This document shows, one piece after another, positions 59,338-64,000 of a stretch of 64,000 bases of DNA (the stretch's first letter is position 1; every line of letters begins with the position of its first letter). The translations under genes were made by a program, and so were the position numbers. The notes beneath the pieces were generated by a model. The model had not been told where the DNA came from, ran no database searches, and saw only the letters and a program-made list of their open reading frames with translations. Origin of the DNA: Candidatus Woesearchaeota archaeon (GTDB taxonomy: Archaea > Nanobdellota > Nanobdellia > Woesearchaeales > JABGUJ01); assembly GCA_018646625.1 (NCBI GenBank), contig JABGUJ010000001.1:131534-195533 (forward strand). The letters are read 5' to 3'.

Positions 59338-59891
59338 TCTCTCAAAACCTTCTCAGCACCACCACGATAATCAATAATGGTAGAAGCTTTCCCCTCTTTA
59401 ACGCCTTCATCAATAATAAAATCTACTTTTGACTTTATAGAAGGATCCAAATCATCAACCGAAGTCATGTTAGGCTTTCCAGTAACATTCGCACTTGTAG
59501 TAATCAACGGAATACCATACTCAGAACACAATTTACTACACCAATGATCAGGAATTCTGACACCCAACGCATCGGAGCCATTATTCACTTCAAAACTAAC
59601 ACAACTTTTATTGTGCAATGGAAGAATAAACGTATACGGCCCGGGCAACTTGTCAAGAGAAGAAACTAAACAATTTTCTTTAATCCATTCTTTGGATGGC
59701 GCAATAACCGACATAGGTTTATCAAAACCCATCCCTTTAAGCTGGCGTAATTTCAGAACAGCAGCAGGATTAGTTGCATCACAACTCAAACCATAAATGG
59801 TATCTGTCAAAATAATAAAAACTGCCCCGTCTTTAATTAAAGACAAATACTTATCCTTTTCCCCAAAGAACTCTCCTCTACTTACGATCAT
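59334..59891 (-). CDS. TsaC/YrdC (Sua5-family) threonylcarbamoyl-AMP synthase-like protein
   Basis: TDTIYGLSCDA, KPMSV, PGPYT, GVRIP, TTSANVTG, STII. Confidence 0.88.
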   Translation of the reverse strand: MIVSRGEFFGEKDKYLSLIKDGAVFIILTDTIYGLSCDATNPAAVLKLRQLKGMGFDKPMSVIAPSKEWIKENCLVSSLDKLPGPYTFILPLHNKSCVSFEVNNGSDALGVRIPDHWCSKLCSEYGIPLITTSANVTGKPNMTSVDDLDPSIKSKVDFIIDEGVKEGKASTIIDYRGGAEKVLRE

Positions 59892-60874
59892 ATTAACTCA
59901 TACTCTAATGTACCAATACCATAATCTTGAGAATAACCTAACTGCAATTTAGGATCTTTGTGATTTTCATCATTAAACAGATCTCGACCCTCTGCTTTGT
60001 CAAGTAAATCAACCGAGGCATTATCTATTGAAACAGGATCGGCACTAAACAATACACCAACGTCCTTTGCAACAATAGGGTTCTCGCCAGCCTGGCAATC
60101 ACAATATTTTGAAACGTTCTTAATAACATTAACACAGAAAACTTTTTTAGATGCTTTAACAGTAGCATAAGCGCCTTGCGCAAGTAAATCATCGAACAAT
60201 GCAACCTTAGGACTTAATGCTCTCTCAGGACATTGCACTATACAAATACTACAACCCCAACATGCATTTTCATCATTAACAAAATTTCCAGACTTAACTG
60301 TACATGACTTCGCAGGACACAACTTCTCACACGTGCCGCAAACAGTGCACTTACCAGTCAAATTGGGTTTACAACCATTATGCATATCTCCTTTACTCTT
60401 TTTAGTAGCGCCACCCATACTCAAATTCTTAATAGCACCACCAAAACCAGCACAAGGATGACCTTTAACATGACTTAGAACTAAAACACCATCTGCTCCC
60501 GTAAGTGGTTTACAAACTTGAAATTTCATATCTTGTGTTTCAACTTCAACAAAATCATCACTGACCACAATCGGACAACCAATCGCTTCTTCAGTATAAC
60601 CATGCTCTTCAGCAGTCTTCAAATACTTTTCAACAGTATCCCTCCCACCAGAATAAATTACAATAGAATCAAATAAAAATGGCTCAGCACCTAAATCCTT
60701 CAATACATCAACAAACGGCTTAACATCTTTAGGACGCAAATAGTGCAAATTACCCTTCTCACCCATATGCATCTTGATAGCTACTTTATCTCCTTTAAAG
60801 AAACAGCTTGCAAACTGCGTTCTAGCTTCATTAGCCGTTTCAGCAAAATCCTTAATAAATCGCACCTTACCCAT
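59888..60874 (-). CDS. DUF362 / 4Fe-4S dicluster protein
   Basis: KMHMGE, SHVKGH..AGFGGAIKNLSMG, CTVCGTCEKLCP, CWGCSICIVQCP, CDC, DPVSID. Confidence 0.9.
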   Translation of the reverse strand: MGKVRFIKDFAETANEARTQFASCFFKGDKVAIKMHMGEKGNLHYLRPKDVKPFVDVLKDLGAEPFLFDSIVIYSGGRDTVEKYLKTAEEHGYTEEAIGCPIVVSDDFVEVETQDMKFQVCKPLTGADGVLVLSHVKGHPCAGFGGAIKNLSMGGATKKSKGDMHNGCKPNLTGKCTVCGTCEKLCPAKSCTVKSGNFVNDENACWGCSICIVQCPERALSPKVALFDDLLAQGAYATVKASKKVFCVNVIKNVSKYCDCQAGENPIVAKDVGVLFSADPVSIDNASVDLLDKAEGRDLFNDENHKDPKLQLGYSQDYGIGTLEYELI

Positions 60875-61003
60875 AATCCAATAAATATCCGAAATACTAT
60901 ATAAAACATACCTCGAAGGCCCCTATAAACACTTAAAAAGGCAATTAACGGCCTTCATAATCTTTAAATAGTACTTCTTTATCCTGAAGAGTGGTGATAT
61001 AAC

Positions 61004-61429
61004 ATGGCAATAGTGAGTTTTAATTTCACAAAAATTGTAGCAGAGAAAAAAGCACCTATCAAAGGTAAAATCCAAATTCAAAATAACATCGCAATCAAGG
61101 ATGTATCCGAGACAGATCTTTCTCTTGGCAAGACTAAGCAGAAAGCTCTAAAATATGTATTCCAGTACATCTCGACGTACGAACCAAAGATTGGTGAGAT
61201 CGTTCTTACTGGCGAAGTCATTTCTATCGAGGACGAAAAGAAAATGACAGAAGTCTCAGAGAACTGGAAAAAGAACAAAAAGCTTACAAAAGATGTTCTA
61301 GACACACTTCTCAACAACATACTTACAAAAGCGAACATCCAAGCACTTATGCTAGGTAAGGAAGTTAACCTTCCACCATCAATACCTCTGCCAAAAGCCA
61401 AGCTTGGAACTCCTGTGGTTAAGAAATAA
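61004..61429 (+). CDS. archaeal hypothetical protein upstream of cdc48
   Basis: MAIVSFNFTKI...YEPKIGEI.LTGE...VNLPPSIPLP; TTTAAATA promoter and GGTGAT RBS. Confidence 0.8.
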   Translation: MAIVSFNFTKIVAEKKAPIKGKIQIQNNIAIKDVSETDLSLGKTKQKALKYVFQYISTYEPKIGEIVLTGEVISIEDEKKMTEVSENWKKNKKLTKDVLDTLLNNILTKANIQALMLGKEVNLPPSIPLPKAKLGTPVVKK

Positions 61430-61433
61430 ACCA

Positions 61434-61453
61434 CTCTTTCTTTCTTTTTTCTT
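61434..61453 (+). terminator. oligo-T/pyrimidine tract terminator
   Basis: CTCTTTCTTTCTTTTTTCTT just after the stop at 61429. Confidence 0.45.
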
Positions 61454-61502
61454 ATAACACCAAAAAGTTTATTAATCGAACTGAGCTTAAAAATCCTGAA
61501 AA

Positions 61503-63788
61503 ATGGCTAAAGAAACCAGTTTAAAGGTTGCAGAAGCAATCCAAGATGATGTTAACAAAGGTATTGTTAGAATTGATTCTAACACAATGAAAGAATTAGG
61601 AGTAAGAGTCGGAGACGTTCTAGAAATACAAGGCGAAAGACAAACAGTAGCCCTTGCAGATAGAGCGCTACCTGGAGATATTGGATTAAACATCATCCGT
61701 ATGGATGGACTTATCAGAAGAAATGGAAAGACTGGTATTGGCGAAGTTGTAAAAGTCAGAAAAGCCGACATCAAAGAAGCTAAAAAAGTTATAATCGCAC
61801 CTGCAAAAGAAGGCGTTCACATTAGAGCACCTCCTAACTTGTTTAAACAAAATCTTTTAGGACGAGCTGTCGTAAAAGGAGATTTAATATCATTAGGCGG
61901 TTCAAGAAGAAGAAGAACTACCTTAAGCGACAACCCTTTCTTTGAACAAATAGAAAGCATGTTTGATTCTCCTGAAGGAATACTAAACTTCGGATTTGGA
62001 GATATTAAGTTTGTAGTTGTTTCAACAACTCCTGCAAAATGCCCTACAATCATAACAGACGCTACTGAAGTTGAATTTAATCCTCAAGCTGCAGCATTAG
62101 AGGAAGAAGAAAAAGTTCCTGAAGTTTCATACGAAGACGTCGGCGGATTAAAAGAAGAAATCAAGAAAGTTAGAGAAATGGTAGAACTACCATTAAAACA
62201 TCCTGAAATCTTCGAACATCTCGGAATAGAACCACCAAAAGGTGTATTGTTACACGGCCCTCCGGGTACTGGTAAAACATTGCTTGCAAAAGCTGTTGCC
62301 AGCGAAACCAATTCAAACTTTTTCGTAATTAATGGTCCAGAAATAATGAGTAAATATTATGGACAATCAGAAGAGAACTTAAGGAAAAAATTCGAAGAAG
62401 CAGAAAAAGAATCACCATCAATCATATTTATTGATGAAATTGACGCCATCGCACCTAAGCGAGAGGAAAGTAAAGGTGAAGTAGAACGAAGAGTTGTTGC
62501 TCAACTTCTCTCACTAATGGATGGTTTAGTATCCAGAGGAAAAGTTGTTGTGATTGCTGCAACTAACATCCCTAACGCTATCGATCCAGCGCTAAGAAGA
62601 CCTGGAAGATTTGATAGAGAAATTGTAATTGGCGTTCCTAACAGAGACGGTAGAGTTAACATTCTGAAAATCCATACTAGAAACATGCCATTATCAAAAG
62701 ATGTAGATCTTGAAGCGATCGCAGACATCACTCATGGTTTTGTTGGTGCAGATTTAGAATCAGTTGCTAAGGAAGCCGCAATGATTGTATTAAGAAAAAT
62801 ATTTCCAGACTTAAAACTTAATGAAGAAGAAGCAATTTCAGAAGAAACGCTAAAGAAACTTCAAATAACTCAAGCAGATCTCTTTGACGCTTTGAAAACA
62901 GTTAAACCATCCGCACTAAGAGAAGTTCTAATAGAAATTCCAAACGTTTCATGGAGTGATGTTGGCGGACTAGATGATGTTAAACAAGAACTTCAAGAAG
63001 CTGTTGATTGGCCATTAAAAAATCCTGAAGCATTCAAACGTTTAGGAATTGCTCCGCCGAAAGGAGTTCTACTGTACGGCGCACCAGGAACTGGTAAAAC
63101 TATGCTTGCAAAAGCTGTCGCACATGAATCTAAAGCAAACTTCATACTTGTAAAAGGCCCAGAACTATTGTCAAAATGGGTAGGAGAATCAGAAGCAGGA
63201 GTGCGAAAAGTTTTTGAAAAAGCAAGACAGACCGCACCGTGTATCATTTTCTTTGATGAAATTGACGCTCTAGCTCCAAGAAGAGGATTATCATCCGACT
63301 CTCATGCAACTGAACGAGTTGTTAATCAACTATTGACAGAAATAGACGGCCTAGAGGAAATGCACGGCGTTGTTATTATTGGTGCAACCAACCGTCCCGA
63401 TATTGTTGATACGGCAATGCTAAGACCTGGAAGATTCGACAGAATCATACTGACTCCTGTTCCAGAAAAAGCAACTCGAAAAAAAGTATTCCAAATACAC
63501 ACTAAGAACATGCCATTAAAAGGCGTATCTCTTGATAGTCTTGCAGAAAAGACAGACGGCTATGTTGGCGCAGACATACAATCGGTATGTAGAGAAGCAG
63601 CAATATTGGCACTAAGAAAAAACATGAAAGCCAAAGAAGTTACGTCAAAGAACTTTACAGACGCATTGAAAAAAGTAAGACCTTCAGCAAATCAAGAAAT
63701 TCAAAAAGAATACGAAGAGCTACAAGATCATTTCACTGCAGCCAAAGCTAGAGAGATGTTAAAATCCAAGCCTAATTATTTCGGATAA
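61503..63788 (+). CDS. cdc48: CDC48/VCP family AAA+ ATPase
   Basis: N-domain; two AAA modules ([28 protein letters not shown]), RPGRFDR twice; C-terminal aromatic tail NYFG. Confidence 0.98.
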   Translation: MAKETSLKVAEAIQDDVNKGIVRIDSNTMKELGVRVGDVLEIQGERQTVALADRALPGDIGLNIIRMDGLIRRNGKTGIGEVVKVRKADIKEAKKVIIAPAKEGVHIRAPPNLFKQNLLGRAVVKGDLISLGGSRRRRTTLSDNPFFEQIESMFDSPEGILNFGFGDIKFVVVSTTPAKCPTIITDATEVEFNPQAAALEEEEKVPEVSYEDVGGLKEEIKKVREMVELPLKHPEIFEHLGIEPPKGVLLHGPPGTGKTLLAKAVASETNSNFFVINGPEIMSKYYGQSEENLRKKFEEAEKESPSIIFIDEIDAIAPKREESKGEVERRVVAQLLSLMDGLVSRGKVVVIAATNIPNAIDPALRRPGRFDREIVIGVPNRDGRVNILKIHTRNMPLSKDVDLEAIADITHGFVGADLESVAKEAAMIVLRKIFPDLKLNEEEAISEETLKKLQITQADLFDALKTVKPSALREVLIEIPNVSWSDVGGLDDVKQELQEAVDWPLKNPEAFKRLGIAPPKGVLLYGAPGTGKTMLAKAVAHESKANFILVKGPELLSKWVGESEAGVRKVFEKARQTAPCIIFFDEIDALAPRRGLSSDSHATERVVNQLLTEIDGLEEMHGVVIIGATNRPDIVDTAMLRPGRFDRIILTPVPEKATRKKVFQIHTKNMPLKGVSLDSLAEKTDGYVGADIQSVCREAAILALRKNMKAKEVTSKNFTDALKKVRPSANQEIQKEYEELQDHFTAAKAREMLKSKPNYFG

Positions 63789-63789
63789 G

Positions 63790-64000
63790 ATGGTTGACAA
63801 ATTATTTGCCGCGACGAAAGCATTCATTGTTCACGACGGCAAGATTCTCCTTCTTAAAGAATCAACCAACTATAAAGATGGCGCCAATGCAGGAAGATAT
63901 GATGTAGTGGGTGGCAGAGTTGAACCAGGACAACGTTTTGATGACAGCCTAATAAGAGAAATAAAAGAAGAAACCGGATTAACTGTGAAAATTGGACGAC
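63790..64000 (+). CDS. NUDIX hydrolase (3'-partial)
   Basis: Translated by hand: MVDKLFAATKAFIVHDGKILLLKE...GGRVEPGQRFDDSLIREIKEETGL contains the Nudix box; runs off the window end. Confidence 0.88.
   Translation, partial: MVDKLFAATKAFIVHDGKILLLKESTNYKDGANAGRYDVVGGRVEPGQRFDDSLIREIKEETGLTVKIGR

Overview
Gene-dense, AT-rich 64-kb segment of an archaeal chromosome using the standard genetic code. The archaeal AlaRS, Cdc6/Orc1, Cdc48, RtcB-archease and NreA, the many Lrp/AsnC regulators, TATA promoters and GGAGG/GGTGA ribosome-binding sites are archaeal markers. The bacterial-type LysRS2, the rpiB-rpe-tkt operon and orphan LivJ-like lipoproteins suggest a DPANN lineage such as Woesearchaeota (inference). 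Besides housekeeping genes and a copper/heavy-metal cluster (42.6-49.5 kb), five things stand out. (1) A twin-arginine-signal protein with an intact soluble lytic transglycosylase (peptidoglycan-cleaving) domain. (2) A seven-gene operon divergent from an Lrp gene: NhaC-family transporter, COG3375-like GNAT, GCS2/YbdK ligase, two M20 amidohydrolases, class II LysRS and a methyltransferase. (3) A seven-gene ORFan operon built from two diverged paralog families. (4) A divergent aspartokinase-like domain coupled to lysA, opposite a standalone ACT protein with a palindrome-rich spacer. (5) Several small ORFs missed by the ORF track, some with structured leaders. I found no rRNA, tRNA, CRISPR array, transposase or integrase. 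All family calls rest on motif recognition by eye, not database searches.
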